This document shows positions 1 to 11,468 of a stretch of DNA of 64,000 nucleotides, piece after piece; positions within the stretch are counted from its first letter, which is position 1, and each line of letters opens with the position of its first letter. The position numbers were made by a program, and so were the translations under genes. The notes under the pieces are model-generated. The model saw only the letters and a program-made list of their open reading frames with translations, did not search any database and was not told the DNA's origin. This stretch comes from Escherichia coli. GTDB taxonomy: Bacteria > Pseudomonadota > Gammaproteobacteria > Enterobacterales > Enterobacteriaceae. The stretch lies in assembly GCF_030384885.1 (NCBI RefSeq), contig NZ_CP128613.1. One strand, given 5' to 3'.

Positions 1-1
1 T

Positions 2-406
2 GCGCTCTCCAGCGCCGCCAGCGAACTTGGCAACCAAAACAGCACGACACAAGAAGGCGGTTGGTCGCTCGCTTCATTAACTAGCTTGCTTAGCAGCGGG
101 AACCAGGCCTTAAGCGCAGATAACATGAACAATGCCGCAGGCATACTGCAATACTGCGCGAAGCAGAAGTTGGCTTCGGTAACCGATGCCGAAAACATCA
201 AGAACCAGGTGCTGGAAAAGCTGGGCCTGAACAGTGAAGAGCAAAAAGAAGACACCAACTATCTGGATGGCATTCAGGGTTTGCTGAAAACCAAAGATGG
301 TCAGCAACTCAATCTGGATAACATCGGAACGACTCCGCTGGCAGAAAAGGTGAAAACCAAAGCCTGCGATCTGGTGTTAAAGCAGGGGCTAAACTTCATT
401 TCCTGA
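2..406 (+). CDS. yjjA: YjjA (DUF2501 family), C-terminal part; 5-prime end lies outside the window
   Basis: Frame is open from the window edge to TGA at 404-406; translation (...SSGNQALSADNMNNAAGILQYCAKQK...) recognised as YjjA; sits immediately upstream of opgB as in E. coli. Confidence 0.8.
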   Translation, partial: ALSSAASELGNQNSTTQEGGWSLASLTSLLSSGNQALSADNMNNAAGILQYCAKQKLASVTDAENIKNQVLEKLGLNSEEQKEDTNYLDGIQGLLKTKDGQQLNLDNIGTTPLAEKVKTKACDLVLKQGLNFIS

Positions 407-659
407 TCCGCGAAACGCCGCGTTTTAGCTGTTACCCGGCTGACGCGGCTCTCTCCTGCCCTTTTCCCTGCTCCTGGACGGTTTTCCCCCTGTTACACGG
501 GAAGCGACCGTAATCAAAAAAGTCTGTTTATAAACTAATTCCTAACAACATCGCATTTTTTTGACACTAGAATTGCAGCAATATGGCGACGCCATTACAT
601 TGTGCTTCTCAAAAAGCTTAAACGTTGGCTAAACGGCCCGGTTTAGTGAGGATCGCCCG

Positions 660-2951
660 TTGTCAGAACTACTCTCTTTCGCCCTTTTTCTCGCCTCTGT
701 GCTCATTTACGCATGGAAAGCGGGACGTAACACCTGGTGGTTTGCAGCCACGTTAACGGTGCTGGGGCTATTTGTCGTTTTAAATATCACCCTGTTTGCC
801 AGCGACTATTTTACTGGTGATGGTATTAACGACGCGGTTCTCTATACCTTAACCAACAGCCTGACCGGTGCTGGCGTCAGCAAATACATCCTGCCGGGTA
901 TCGGCATTGTGCTGGGGCTGACGGCGGTGTTCGGTGCGCTGGGCTGGATCCTGCGCCGTCGTCGTCATCATCCGCACCATTTTGGTTACAGCCTGCTGGC
1001 ACTCTTACTGGCGCTGGGTTCAGTGGATGCCAGCCCGGCATTTCGTCAGATAACGGAACTGGTGAAATCCCAGTCACGCGACGGCGACCCGGACTTTGCG
1101 GCTTATTATAAAGAGCCGTCGAAAACTATCCCTGACCCGAAACTCAACCTGGTTTATATCTACGGCGAAAGTCTCGAGCGAACCTATTTTGATAACGAAG
1201 CTTTCCCGGATCTCACGCCTGAACTGGGCGCGTTGAAAAATGAAGGCCTGGATTTCAGCCACACGCAGCAGCTGCCAGGAACGGATTACACGATTGCGGG
1301 CATGGTGGCTTCTCAGTGCGGCATACCGCTGTTTGCCCCCTTTGAAGGCAACGCCTCCGCCTCTGTCTCCAGCTTCTTCCCGCAGAACATCTGTCTGGGC
1401 GATATCCTGAAAAACTCGGGTTATCAGAACTATTTCGTGCAGGGCGCGAATCTGCGTTTTGCCGGTAAAGATGTTTTCCTGAAGTCGCACGGCTTCGACC
1501 ATTTATATGGCTCAGAAGAGCTGAAAAGCGTGGTGGCAGACCCACACTATCGCAACGACTGGGGATTCTACGACGATACCGTGCTGGATGAAGCGTGGAA
1601 AAAGTTTGAAGAGCTTTCCCGCTCTGGCCAGCGATTCTCACTGTTTACCCTGACGGTCGATACCCATCACCCGGATGGTTTTATCTCGCGCACCTGTAAC
1701 CGCAAAAAATATGATTTTGACGGTAAGCCAAATCAGTCATTCAGTGCGGTAAGTTGCAGCCAGGAGAACATCGCAACGTTTATCAACAAAATCAAAGCAT
1801 CACCGTGGTTTAAGGATACCGTTATCGTCGTCTCGTCTGACCATTTAGCGATGAACAACACGGCGTGGAAATACCTCAATAAGCAAGATCGCAATAATCT
1901 GTTTTTCGTCATTCGTGGCGACAAGCCGCAGCAAGAGACGCTGGCGGTGAAGCGTAACACGATGGATAACGGCGCGACGGTGCTGGACATTCTCGGTGGC
2001 GATAACTATCTCGGACTTGGTCGTAGCAGTTTATCCGGGCAGTCAATGTCGGAAATCTTCCTCAATATCAAAGAGAAAACATTGGCGTGGAAGCCAGATA
2101 TCATCCGCCTGTGGAAATTCCCTAAAGAGATGAAAGAGTTCACCATCGACCAGCAGAAAAACATGATTGCCTTCTCGGGTAGCCATTTCCGTTTGCCGCT
2201 GCTGTTGCGGGTTTCAGACAAGCGCGTGGAACCGCTGCCGGAAAGTGAATACTCAGCACCACTGCGTTTCCAGTTGGCCGATTTTGCTCCACGCGACAAT
2301 TTCGTCTGGGTTGACCGTTGCTATAAGATGGCACAACTCTGGGCTCCGGAACTGGCACTTTCCACCGACTGGTGTGTCTCGCAAGGGCAGCTTGGCGGTC
2401 AGCAAATTGTCCAGCATGTTGATAAAACAACATGGAAGGGCAAAACGGCATTTAAAGATACGGTCATCGACATGGCGCGTTACAAAGGCAATGTCGATTC
2501 GCTGAAGATTGTTGATAACGATATTCGCTACAAAGCCGACAGCTTCATTTTTAACGTCGCCGGTGCGCCGGAAGAGGTGAAACAATTTAGTGGGATTTCC
2601 CGTCCGGAGTCGTGGGGCCGCTGGTCCAACGCGCAGTTGGGCGATGAAGTCAAAATCGAGTACAAGCATCCGCTGCCGAAGAAATTTGACCTGGTGATTA
2701 CCGCCAAAGCATACGGCAATAACGCCAGCCGTCCTATTCCGGTACGCGTAGGCAATGAAGAACAAACCCTTGTGCTGGGCAATGAAGTAACCACCACCAC
2801 GCTGCATTTCGATAACCCAACCGATGCTGACACGCTGGTGATTGTGCCACCTGAACCCGTCTCAACCAATGAAGGGAATATCCTCGGACACTCGCCGCGT
2901 AAGCTTGGTATCGGCATGGTGGAAATTAAAGTGGTGGAACGTGAAGGGTAA
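660..2951 (+). CDS. opgB: Phosphoglycerol transferase I (osmoregulated periplasmic glucan biosynthesis)
   Basis: 763-aa ORF with TTG start; N-terminal transmembrane helices followed by a sulfatase-like domain; recognised as OpgB/MdoB. Confidence 0.9.
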   Translation: MSELLSFALFLASVLIYAWKAGRNTWWFAATLTVLGLFVVLNITLFASDYFTGDGINDAVLYTLTNSLTGAGVSKYILPGIGIVLGLTAVFGALGWILRRRRHHPHHFGYSLLALLLALGSVDASPAFRQITELVKSQSRDGDPDFAAYYKEPSKTIPDPKLNLVYIYGESLERTYFDNEAFPDLTPELGALKNEGLDFSHTQQLPGTDYTIAGMVASQCGIPLFAPFEGNASASVSSFFPQNICLGDILKNSGYQNYFVQGANLRFAGKDVFLKSHGFDHLYGSEELKSVVADPHYRNDWGFYDDTVLDEAWKKFEELSRSGQRFSLFTLTVDTHHPDGFISRTCNRKKYDFDGKPNQSFSAVSCSQENIATFINKIKASPWFKDTVIVVSSDHLAMNNTAWKYLNKQDRNNLFFVIRGDKPQQETLAVKRNTMDNGATVLDILGGDNYLGLGRSSLSGQSMSEIFLNIKEKTLAWKPDIIRLWKFPKEMKEFTIDQQKNMIAFSGSHFRLPLLLRVSDKRVEPLPESEYSAPLRFQLADFAPRDNFVWVDRCYKMAQLWAPELALSTDWCVSQGQLGGQQIVQHVDKTTWKGKTAFKDTVIDMARYKGNVDSLKIVDNDIRYKADSFIFNVAGAPEEVKQFSGISRPESWGRWSNAQLGDEVKIEYKHPLPKKFDLVITAKAYGNNASRPIPVRVGNEEQTLVLGNEVTTTTLHFDNPTDADTLVIVPPEPVSTNEGNILGHSPRKLGIGMVEIKVVEREG

Positions 2952-2964
2952 TTCCTGACTGATT

Positions 2965-2991
2965 TGTAGGTCGCATAAGGTGCGACCTACA
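2965..2991. terminator. Perfect 11-bp inverted repeat (TGTAGGTCGCA-N5-TGCGACCTACA) just after the opgB stop; REP-like hairpin
   Basis: Read directly from sequence; lies between convergent opgB and lgoD. Confidence 0.5.
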
Positions 2992-3085
2992 CACCTTCTC
3001 CGGCTCACAACACATTATTAAGAAACAAAAAAAACAGCGCCCAACACTTCCCCGGACGCTGCATGGCAACTTTAATAATCTCGCC

Positions 3086-4108
3086 TTATAAGAAAGTAAT
3101 TACACCCTTAATCAACTCACGGTTGTTAATCACATCGCGCTCATAGGTTTCTGCCAGCGTGGCGAACGGATAGCGATGGGTTAACATCATGTCGGCAGTG
3201 ATTTTTCCTTCCGCCATCAGTCGACCGACTTTAGCGAAATCTTCCGGCGTGGCGTTGCGGCTGCCCATCATCGTCGTTTCTTTTTTATGGAATTCCGGAT
3301 CGGAGAACTGCAACTCACCTTTAAACAGACCGACAAATACCACCGTGCCGCCGTGACGAATCAGATTTACGGTGTTATTCATCGCATGTTGATTACCTGT
3401 CGCGTCGATCACTTTCTGCGCCAGCGAACCACCAAACTGCGCCCGCAGCTGCGCGTCAAAATCTTCGGCTGACGGGTCCAGCACGGGCAACTCCAGACGC
3501 GTTGCCACATGTTCTCGGCGTGCCGGACTGGTATCCGCCACCACCACCTGTGCGCCATCAGCTTTAGCGATTGCCGCCGCGCCCAGACCGATTGGCCCCG
3601 CCCCGACCACCAGCACCTGCTCGCCGGGAGCAATGGCTGCACGACGCACCGCATGTGCGCTAATAGCGAAAGGTTCAATCAATGCTGCCGCCTGCGGGTC
3701 AATACCGTCTGCGGGCAAAATGTTCGCCACCGGCACGCTCAAATACTCACTAAAACCACCATCCTGATGCACACCAATGACTGAAATTTTTTCACAGCAA
3801 TTGGTTCGACCGCTTTTACATGCCGGGCATTGCTGACAGGCAACATAAGGGATCACAGCAACTTGCTGACCATTTTTAAGATCAGCAATATTTTTACCCA
3901 GCCCAACAATCTCCCCACATATTTCATGGCCTAAAACGCGTGGATAACTAAAAAATGGTTGATTTCCACCCCAGGCATGAATATCGGTACCGCAAATCCC
4001 GACAGACTTAATTTTTATTAATGCTTCATTGTCACCCGGAATAGGTATCTCACGTTGTTTCCAGACTAATTCTTTCGGCTGCTGGCAAATTAAAACATTC
4101 ATCGTAGA
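3086..4108 (-). CDS. lgoD: L-galactonate 5-dehydrogenase (zinc-dependent medium-chain dehydrogenase)
   Basis: 346-aa ORF; start placed at MSTMNVLICQQ (340 aa); zinc-ADH motifs (GHEICGEIV, GICGTDIH); recognised as LgoD/YjjN. Confidence 0.9.
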   Translation of the reverse strand, partial: STMNVLICQQPKELVWKQREIPIPGDNEALIKIKSVGICGTDIHAWGGNQPFFSYPRVLGHEICGEIVGLGKNIADLKNGQQVAVIPYVACQQCPACKSGRTNCCEKISVIGVHQDGGFSEYLSVPVANILPADGIDPQAAALIEPFAISAHAVRRAAIAPGEQVLVVGAGPIGLGAAAIAKADGAQVVVADTSPARREHVATRLELPVLDPSAEDFDAQLRAQFGGSLAQKVIDATGNQHAMNNTVNLIRHGGTVVFVGLFKGELQFSDPEFHKKETTMMGSRNATPEDFAKVGRLMAEGKITADMMLTHRYPFATLAETYERDVINNRELIKGVITFL

Positions 4109-4249
4109 CATGATTCGGCTCTCCATTTTTTGTTGCCTTAGATATCAATGAAAATGAAAAATGGCAGCGGAACGGAAAATCTGTTTTGTGAAAACACACG
4201 CATAAAAATGTTTTAAATCGGGTTTTAATGGACTCACAAGGAGGAAAAT

Positions 4250-5164
4250 ATGAGTCGCTCACAAAATTTACGCCACAATGTGATTAACCAGGTCATTGAT
4301 GATATGGCGCGGGGTCACATCCCTTCCCCACTTCCATCGCAAAGTGCGCTGGCGGAAATGTACAACATCAGCCGCACCACAGTGCGCCATATTCTCAGCC
4401 ACTTACGCGAATGCGGCGTCTTGACGCAGGTTGGAAACGACTATGTTATTGCGCGTAAACCTGACCATGATGACGGTTTCGCCTGTACTACCGCTTCAAT
4501 GAGTGAACAAAACAAAGTGTTTGAGCAGGCTTTTTTCACGATGATAAACCAGCGCCAGTTACGCCCAGGGGAAACTTTTTCTGAACTGCAACTGGCTCGG
4601 GCCGCGGGTGTCAGCCCGGTTGTAGTAAGAGAATATCTTTTAAAATTCGGTCGTTATAATCTTATTCAGAGCGAAAAGCGCGGCCAGTGGAGCATGAAGC
4701 AATTCGATCAATCCTACGCCGAGCAGCTGTTTGAGCTACGCGAAATGCTCGAAACTCATTCACTTCAGCACTTTCTCAACCTACCTGATCATGATCCCCG
4801 CTGGCTGCAGGCGAAAACCATGCTCGAACGTCATCGGCTACTGCGTGACAACATCGGCAATAGCTTCCGCATGTTCTCGCAACTTGACAGAGATTTTCAC
4901 TCCTTACTGCTTTCAGCTGCCGATAATATCTTTTTTGATCAATCGCTTGAGATCATCTCAGTCATCTTTCATTTTCACTATCAATGGGACGAAAGCGATC
5001 TTAAACAGCGCAATATCATTGCCGTCGATGAGCATATGACCATTCTCAGCGCTCTGATTTGCCGCAGTGACCTGGATGCCACCCTTGCGCTCCGTAACCA
5101 TTTGAATTCAGCTAAACAATCAATGATTCGATCCATTAATGAGAACACGCGTTATGCTCATTAA
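4250..5164 (+). CDS. lgoR: GntR-family transcriptional regulator of L-galactonate utilisation
   Basis: 304-aa ORF with N-terminal winged-HTH and FCD-type C-terminal domain; divergent from lgoD; recognised as LgoR/YjjM. Confidence 0.9.
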   Translation: MSRSQNLRHNVINQVIDDMARGHIPSPLPSQSALAEMYNISRTTVRHILSHLRECGVLTQVGNDYVIARKPDHDDGFACTTASMSEQNKVFEQAFFTMINQRQLRPGETFSELQLARAAGVSPVVVREYLLKFGRYNLIQSEKRGQWSMKQFDQSYAEQLFELREMLETHSLQHFLNLPDHDPRWLQAKTMLERHRLLRDNIGNSFRMFSQLDRDFHSLLLSAADNIFFDQSLEIISVIFHFHYQWDESDLKQRNIIAVDEHMTILSALICRSDLDATLALRNHLNSAKQSMIRSINENTRYAH

Positions 5165-5378
5165 GTACGGATTAAAAACAGCAAACTATTAGCGGGTGCA
5201 CGGTTTTATCAAAAGATAAATACCGGAAAATTCCCGCTTACCTATGCTCACAATCAGTCGACTAAAAATGTTTTTGTGAGCGGTAGTAAAGTCCTAAAAC
5301 TTTTACCTGCCGTTAATGTCAACCTTGCGTAATGCACAATTACGTAAACAATTAAAATTATAAATACAGGAGTCCGGC

Positions 5379-6740
5379 GTGGAAAAAGAAAATATCACCC
5401 TCGATCCGCGTTCTTCATTTACTCCATCTTCGTCGGCAGATATTCCCGTGCCACCAGATGGATTAGTTCAACGCAGTACCCGAATTAAACGCATTCAAAC
5501 CACCGCCATGTTGTTATTATTTTTTGCGGCGGTAATCAATTATCTCGACCGCAGTTCACTGTCGGTAGCAAATTTAACGATTCGTGAAGAATTGGGATTA
5601 AGTGCCACCGAAATCGGCGCTTTGCTCTCCGTGTTTTCACTCGCTTACGGGATTGCGCAACTTCCTTGCGGCCCACTATTGGATCGTAAAGGCCCGCGCC
5701 TGATGCTGGGACTGGGGATGTTCTTCTGGTCACTGTTCCAGGCAATGTCTGGCATGGTGCACAGCTTTACGCAGTTCGTGTTGGTGCGTATAGGTATGGG
5801 GATTGGTGAAGCGCCGATGAACCCATGCGGTGTAAAAGTCATTAACGACTGGTTCAACATCAAAGAGCGCGGACGCCCGATGGGCTTCTTCAACGCAGCT
5901 TCTACCATTGGCGTTGCCGTAAGCCCACCGATTCTGGCGGCGATGATGCTGGTGATGGGCTGGCGCGGGATGTTTATTACCATTGGTGTGTTGGGTATTT
6001 TTCTCGCCATCGGTTGGTATATGCTCTATCGCAACCGCGAGCACGTAGAACTGACTGCCGTTGAACAAGCCTATCTCAATGCCGGTAGCGTCAATGCCCG
6101 CCGTGATCCACTCAGTTTTGCTGAATGGCGCAGCCTGTTCCGTAACCGCACAATGTGGGGAATGATGCTCGGATTCAGTGGCATCAATTACACTGCGTGG
6201 CTGTATCTGGCCTGGCTTCCTGGTTACCTGCAAACAGCCTATAATCTGGATTTAAAAAGCACAGGATTGATGGCGGCTATCCCTTTCCTGTTTGGGGCTG
6301 CCGGGATGCTGGTCAACGGTTACGTTACCGACTGGCTGGTCAAAGGGGGAATGGCTCCGATTAAAAGCCGTAAGATCTGCATTATTGCCGGGATGTTCTG
6401 TTCTGCCGCCTTTACGCTGGTCGTACCGCAAGCGACAACATCCATGACGGCGGTTCTGCTGATTGGCATGGCACTGTTCTGCATTCACTTTGCTGGAACA
6501 TCCTGCTGGGGATTGATCCATGTCGCTGTCGCTTCTCGCATGACTGCATCGGTGGGCAGTATCCAGAACTTTGCCAGCTTCATCTGCGCTTCTTTCGCGC
6601 CGATCATTACTGGTTTTATTGTCGATACCACCCACTCATTCCGTCTGGCGCTAATCATCTGCGGTTGCGTCACCGCGGCGGGTGCACTGGCATACATCTT
6701 CCTGGTTCGTCAGCCGATCAACGACCCACGTAAAGATTAA
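5379..6740 (+). CDS. lgoT: L-galactonate:H+ symporter (MFS, anion:cation symporter family)
   Basis: 453-aa ORF with GTG start; 12-TM MFS pattern; recognised as LgoT/YjjL. Confidence 0.9.
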   Translation: MEKENITLDPRSSFTPSSSADIPVPPDGLVQRSTRIKRIQTTAMLLLFFAAVINYLDRSSLSVANLTIREELGLSATEIGALLSVFSLAYGIAQLPCGPLLDRKGPRLMLGLGMFFWSLFQAMSGMVHSFTQFVLVRIGMGIGEAPMNPCGVKVINDWFNIKERGRPMGFFNAASTIGVAVSPPILAAMMLVMGWRGMFITIGVLGIFLAIGWYMLYRNREHVELTAVEQAYLNAGSVNARRDPLSFAEWRSLFRNRTMWGMMLGFSGINYTAWLYLAWLPGYLQTAYNLDLKSTGLMAAIPFLFGAAGMLVNGYVTDWLVKGGMAPIKSRKICIIAGMFCSAAFTLVVPQATTSMTAVLLIGMALFCIHFAGTSCWGLIHVAVASRMTASVGSIQNFASFICASFAPIITGFIVDTTHSFRLALIICGCVTAAGALAYIFLVRQPINDPRKD

Positions 6741-6749
6741 TTTCCCTAT

Positions 6750-6780
6750 GCCCGATAACATTTTGCTTATCGGGCATTTT
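6750..6780. terminator. Bidirectional rho-independent hairpin between convergent lgoT and tsr
   Basis: GCCCGATAA-N8-TTATCGGGC followed by a T-run. Confidence 0.6.
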
Positions 6781-6787
6781 ATGGCGA

Positions 6788-8443
6788 TTAAAACGTTTCC
6801 CAGTTCTCTCCGCTATCTGCCACGGCCATTTTACGCGGCGCAGCTGGCGTCACGGTTTTTACCACAGCCGATGTTTCACGCTGCTGTTGCTGAATCCGGA
6901 ACACTGCCACAGCTTCGGTCAGGCGACTGGCCTGCTCTTCCAGCGCGGCGGCGGCAGCGGCAGATTCTTCCACCAGCGCAGCGTTCTGTTGAGTTACCCG
7001 GTCCATCTCAGCAACCGCTAAGCCAACCTGATCGATACCACGGCTCTGCTCATCAGAAGCCGAAGCAATTTCGCCCATAATGTCCGTCACGCGGGTCACA
7101 GCGCTGACAATCTCTGCCATGGTTTCCCCGGCGCTTTCGACCAGCGTAGAGCCAACATCCACTTTGCCCACCGAGTCTTCAATCAGGCTTTTAATTTCGC
7201 GAGCCGCCTGAGCGCTACGCTGGGCCAGATTACGCACTTCTCCCGCAACCACCGCAAAACCGCGCCCTTGCTCACCCGCACGCGCTGCTTCAACCGCCGC
7301 GTTCAAAGCCAGAATATTGGTCTGGAAGGCAATGCCGTCAATTACGCTGATAATATCGGCGATTTTCTGCGAGCTGGTGGAGATATCGCGCATGGTCTGC
7401 ACCACGTTATCCACCACTTTGCCGCCACGTTGCGCCGTTTCGGAAGCACTTAACGCCAGGTGGCTGGCCTGACGCGCATTTTCGGCGTTCTGCTTCACCG
7501 TTGCGGTCAGTTGCTCCATGCTGGCTGCCGTCTCTTCCAGCGAAGCGGCCTGTTGCTCGGTGCGCGAAGAAAGATCGTTATTGCCGGTGGCGATTTCGCT
7601 GGCACCGCTATAGATAGCATTGGCCCCGTTGCGCACATCACCGACGGTACGCATCAGCTCTCCCTGCATATGGCGCAAACTCTCTGCCAGTTGCCCCATC
7701 TCATTAGAACCATCCACCTCAATCGGTTTCACCAGATCGCCACCTGCAATATGACGAATGCTGTCAATCAGGCGATTCATTGGCGCTACCAACGAGGCTT
7801 TAATACCGAACCAGACGGCGAAGATGACTGCCAGTACGACGATCATCACGCCCACCAGAATCCACATCGCCTGGCTGTAGGAGGCATTGTTATCGCTGAC
7901 AGCGATATCATAGAGCCGATCGTTTTGCTCCATGTAAGCCACATACTGCTTCTCGAAACCGTCCTGATATCCCTGAGTCGGCTGATCAAAGAATTCGTTG
8001 ATTTTGCCTGCACCTAACAGTTGGATCAGTTCCGCCAGCGCATTGTGATAAATATCGTAATTACGTTTGATCTCTGCCGCTGCGGCGGTGCTCTGACGCG
8101 GGTCACGCGGCAATGCTTCGTAATCCGCCCAGTTTTTTTCCGCCTGTTTCAGCGAAATACTGGCACTCTGCATCAGCTCGGCAACGGTTGAACCGCTACC
8201 AATATTGTTCTGATCCATCATGTAGCGGATACCTGCGCGGTTGAGGGTGTTACGCGTCTGCAACAACGCGACCCAGCTGCCATTCAGCGTGGATTGCTGT
8301 TGGCGAATGGTTTGTAAAACAGTGAAATTTTCTTTGTCATTCTTTAAGGCATTAAAGAACAGACCGCCTGATGTCAGTTGTAAAAGGCCAAAAACGGCCA
8401 AAACCAGCAGTAAGCTGGTCACGATCTTGATACGTTTTAACAT
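6788..8443 (-). CDS. tsr: Serine chemoreceptor Tsr (methyl-accepting chemotaxis protein I)
   Basis: 551 aa from ATG ([12 protein letters not shown]...); HAMP and MCP signalling domains; C-terminal NWETF pentapeptide; the ORF track extends 5 codons further to a GTG. Confidence 0.95.
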   Translation of the reverse strand: MLKRIKIVTSLLLVLAVFGLLQLTSGGLFFNALKNDKENFTVLQTIRQQQSTLNGSWVALLQTRNTLNRAGIRYMMDQNNIGSGSTVAELMQSASISLKQAEKNWADYEALPRDPRQSTAAAAEIKRNYDIYHNALAELIQLLGAGKINEFFDQPTQGYQDGFEKQYVAYMEQNDRLYDIAVSDNNASYSQAMWILVGVMIVVLAVIFAVWFGIKASLVAPMNRLIDSIRHIAGGDLVKPIEVDGSNEMGQLAESLRHMQGELMRTVGDVRNGANAIYSGASEIATGNNDLSSRTEQQAASLEETAASMEQLTATVKQNAENARQASHLALSASETAQRGGKVVDNVVQTMRDISTSSQKIADIISVIDGIAFQTNILALNAAVEAARAGEQGRGFAVVAGEVRNLAQRSAQAAREIKSLIEDSVGKVDVGSTLVESAGETMAEIVSAVTRVTDIMGEIASASDEQSRGIDQVGLAVAEMDRVTQQNAALVEESAAAAAALEEQASRLTEAVAVFRIQQQQRETSAVVKTVTPAAPRKMAVADSGENWETF

Positions 8444-8474
8444 GGTTTCTCTTTCCACTAGACAGATACACTGG

Positions 8475-8501
8475 TTGTCGGCCTGGTGGTGGAAAACTTT
8501 A
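8475..8501 (-). promoter_or_regulatory. Sigma-28 (FliA) class-III flagellar promoter for tsr
   Basis: Minus strand reads TAAAGTTT-N11-GCCGACAA, matching the sigma-28 consensus TAAAGTTT-N11-GCCGATAA, about 30 nt upstream of the tsr ATG. Confidence 0.7.
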
Positions 8502-8582
8502 TGCTGTGGAAAAGCGTCGGCACTGCTTTTGTTGCAGCAAACTTGCGTTTTTTGTGAGGGTCACACTCTATAGCGGCAGTTT

Positions 8583-9488
8583 ATGGTACAAAGTATCAAT
8601 CTTCTTCGAACCAGTGATACTCCTATGGCTTATAGCATCGATATCATCTCCTGCATTACCGAACGATTTATGGCGTTAACAGCCACTGAAAAGCGTATCG
8701 CACAATTTATTCTTGATGATGTCCCCGCCGCGGTGGAACTGCCAATTGCTGAGCTGGCACGGTTAACGCAAACCAGTCAGGCGTCGGTGACGCGTTTTGC
8801 CCGTGCTCTGGGGTGTAAAGATGTCCGCGAGCTGAAAGTCAAACTGGCGCAGTCACTGGCTATCGGGCAGCGGTTTATTCTCGATGTACCGGATCTTGAC
8901 GGTGTTCAGGGGATCTACGAAGCGATTATTAGCGTGCTGGAAACGCATCGTCGTTCGCTGGATATGAATGCCATCAGCCAGGCGGTAAGCTGGTTAAGTC
9001 AGGCGCGGCAAATTCTTGCATTGGGAACTGGCGGCGGTTCCACCATCTGTTCACAGGAGATTCAGTACCGTTTATTCCGTCTGGGGCTACCTGTGGTTAG
9101 TCAGAATGATGCCCTGATGATGAGAATGATGTGCTCGGCAGTGATGCCGCAGGATGTGGTGATTGTGCTGTCGCTGGGCGGTTATACACCGGAAATCATC
9201 GAAAGTGCGGCAATCGCCCGTCAGTATGGCGCGCGTGTTATTGCCATTACGCCAGCACAAACACCGCTGGCGGAACAGGTGGATCTGGTATTGCCGTTAC
9301 TGGTTCAGGAAAGTGATTACATCTTTAAGCCCACCCCTTCCCGCTACGCGGTGTTAGCCATGGTCGATGTACTGGCAACAGAACTGGCAATGGCAAATAA
9401 AGCGCAGGCGAAAGATCGCCTGCGGCGGATAAAACTGGTGTTAGACAGCCACCGTGGGGGCGCTAACCGCCAGCCACTTGGCGATTAG
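8583..9488 (+). CDS. RpiR/MurR-family transcriptional regulator (HTH_6 plus SIS sugar-phosphate-binding domain)
   Basis: 301-aa ORF; N-terminal region typical of RpiR-type HTH (TATEKRIAQFILDD...) and C-terminal SIS-like region; start uncertain (ATG at 8583 or 8625); not part of the K-12 tsr-btsT junction as I recall it. Confidence 0.75.
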   Translation: MVQSINLLRTSDTPMAYSIDIISCITERFMALTATEKRIAQFILDDVPAAVELPIAELARLTQTSQASVTRFARALGCKDVRELKVKLAQSLAIGQRFILDVPDLDGVQGIYEAIISVLETHRRSLDMNAISQAVSWLSQARQILALGTGGGSTICSQEIQYRLFRLGLPVVSQNDALMMRMMCSAVMPQDVVIVLSLGGYTPEIIESAAIARQYGARVIAITPAQTPLAEQVDLVLPLLVQESDYIFKPTPSRYAVLAMVDVLATELAMANKAQAKDRLRRIKLVLDSHRGGANRQPLGD

Positions 9489-9497
9489 CATTGTCGG

Positions 9498-10967
9498 TTA
9501 TGCTTCTTCAGGTTTGGTGATCACGACACTCTGGTTTTCACGCTCATTGGTGATAATAGCCAGAGCTTCTTCCCGGCTGACCTGACTTGCTGGCGTTACC
9601 AGCGTCACCACTACGCCAGCGAACAGGCTGCCCAGCACTGACGGAATACACGGGTTACCCCAGTAAGCCAGCCAGTCGGCATTCATCAGCACCACAATGG
9701 ACATCACCATACCGCTCACTAACGCCGCCAGCGCGCCCTGCCAGTTAAAGCGTAGCCAGAAGCGACCGAGAATCGAGCAGATAAACAGCCCGGACATCAG
9801 CATCGAAATCATTTTGGTAATGTAGCTGATGATGTCATTAGAGGTCAGAGCAAAGACCAGCGCCAGGCCAATAACAAAGGTCAACATACAGCGTGAGTAA
9901 GTAATGGCCTTGTCCTCCGGCGGCATTCTGCCGGTAATCATGGTGTAGACGTCGCGCATCATAATCGCCACCGCCGCGATGGCATCGGAGCTGGCGGAAG
10001 ACATGGTGGCTGAAAGCCCGGCAATCAGCACCACCAGCCCAAGAATGGCAGGTAAGAAACTGGTCGCGAACAAGAAGGCGTAGTTGCTGTTTTCCAGATT
10101 TGGGTTCATGGTGAACGCCGCCATGCCGATAATGGCAGGCAGAATCGAGAAGAACAGATACAACACGCCAGTAATAACAAATGAACGCCGTACAGAGGGA
10201 ACGTCTTTTCCCGAGTAAATACGCTGGCGATAAGATGGTGTGGCCAGTACGCCGACACCAATAACCAGCGCCAGCGAAAGCGCAGGCAGCACGCCCATTT
10301 TATCAATCGCAAACAGGCTCATCGCTTTTGGGTCCATCGCCTGTTCAATCGCACTCCAGCCACCAACGTGAACAACGGCAAGAATAGCCATTAATATAAA
10401 GCCAAAGAACAGAATTAGGGCCTGAATAGTATCTGTCCACACTACCGCCGAATAACCGCCGATAATAACGTAAATCGCAAAAGCTAAGGCAATAATTAAT
10501 TTTGCCACCGTAAGATCAATACCTGTTGCCCAGGCAAGATACATACTTCCACCTAATATATGCGCCCCCAGCCAGCCAATAGAGGCAATAAATATCATCA
10601 GGCCGACAATATTTTTAATTAAATGGCTGCCGCCAGTATAATAAGATATTTCTTCACTCATGGTCATAAAACGTAATTTACGTACCGGTGCAAACAGCCA
10701 CGCCACCAGTAATATACCTACGGCCCCACCGACGCCATAAAGCATTCCGGCCCAGCCATTGCTGTAGCCAAAGCCCACTGCGCCCATACTGGAACCCGTG
10801 CCAACCATCGTGGCAACGGTTGACCCCAGCGTCAGAAACAGCGGCAGCGAACGCCCGCCCAGCAGAAAATCTTCTCCGCTTTTCTGATTACGAGAAACAA
10901 ACCAACCAAGCCAAATCATGGCGATGGCATAAATAATAAAGCCGACTAAAAAGATATGACTGTTCAT
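9498..10967 (-). CDS. Sodium:solute symporter (SSS) family transporter
   Basis: 489-aa polytopic membrane protein with SSS-type N-terminal pattern (LLGGRSLPLFLTLGSTVAT...). Confidence 0.8.
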   Translation of the reverse strand: MNSHIFLVGFIIYAIAMIWLGWFVSRNQKSGEDFLLGGRSLPLFLTLGSTVATMVGTGSSMGAVGFGYSNGWAGMLYGVGGAVGILLVAWLFAPVRKLRFMTMSEEISYYTGGSHLIKNIVGLMIFIASIGWLGAHILGGSMYLAWATGIDLTVAKLIIALAFAIYVIIGGYSAVVWTDTIQALILFFGFILMAILAVVHVGGWSAIEQAMDPKAMSLFAIDKMGVLPALSLALVIGVGVLATPSYRQRIYSGKDVPSVRRSFVITGVLYLFFSILPAIIGMAAFTMNPNLENSNYAFLFATSFLPAILGLVVLIAGLSATMSSASSDAIAAVAIMMRDVYTMITGRMPPEDKAITYSRCMLTFVIGLALVFALTSNDIISYITKMISMLMSGLFICSILGRFWLRFNWQGALAALVSGMVMSIVVLMNADWLAYWGNPCIPSVLGSLFAGVVVTLVTPASQVSREEALAIITNERENQSVVITKPEEA

Positions 10968-11069
10968 AATTCACATCCTGCCAGTAGAGAGAGAATAATG
11001 TAAGAGTTCCCGGAGTGCTGAATGTATTCAGCACTCAATTGCGGTCTGTTTTTTTAATTCTTAAATTTA

Positions 11070-11459
11070 TTAGCGGGTCGCGTTATAACAGGTCACATCG
11101 ACTTCGACTTTACAATCGACAACCAGATCAGCCACACAACAAATACGTGCAGGCGGATTCTCGCCAAAAAATTCTCTGAATACTTTATTAAATGACTGGA
11201 AATAGCGGGCGTCGGTCAGGATCACTTTCACGTGAACCACATCCGCCAGGCTATAACCGGTTTCAGTCATGATGTCGACACAGTTTTGGATCGCCAGTCG
11301 TGACTGTTCAACGATTCCGCCTTCTATCACTTCACCGTTTTTCATGGGTGTTTGCCCGGAGACGTACAGCCAGCCGCCCGCCTCAACCGCCCTGGCAAAA
11401 GGCAAATGCTGCCCGCCAGTGCCTGTTCCACCTTCCGTACCGTAACGTTTAATGCTCAT
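11070..11459 (-). CDS. RidA/YjgF-family reactive enamine/imine deaminase
   Basis: About 129 aa from the ATG preceded by AAGGAG; RidA-like fold signature; 10 nt downstream of the deacylase stop. Confidence 0.8.
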   Translation of the reverse strand: MSIKRYGTEGGTGTGGQHLPFARAVEAGGWLYVSGQTPMKNGEVIEGGIVEQSRLAIQNCVDIMTETGYSLADVVHVKVILTDARYFQSFNKVFREFFGENPPARICCVADLVVDCKVEVDVTCYNATR

Positions 11460-11468
11460 ATTCACTCC

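Noticed and set aside
7460-8017. 185-aa ORF antisense to tsr
   Set aside because: Shadow ORF inside the chemoreceptor gene
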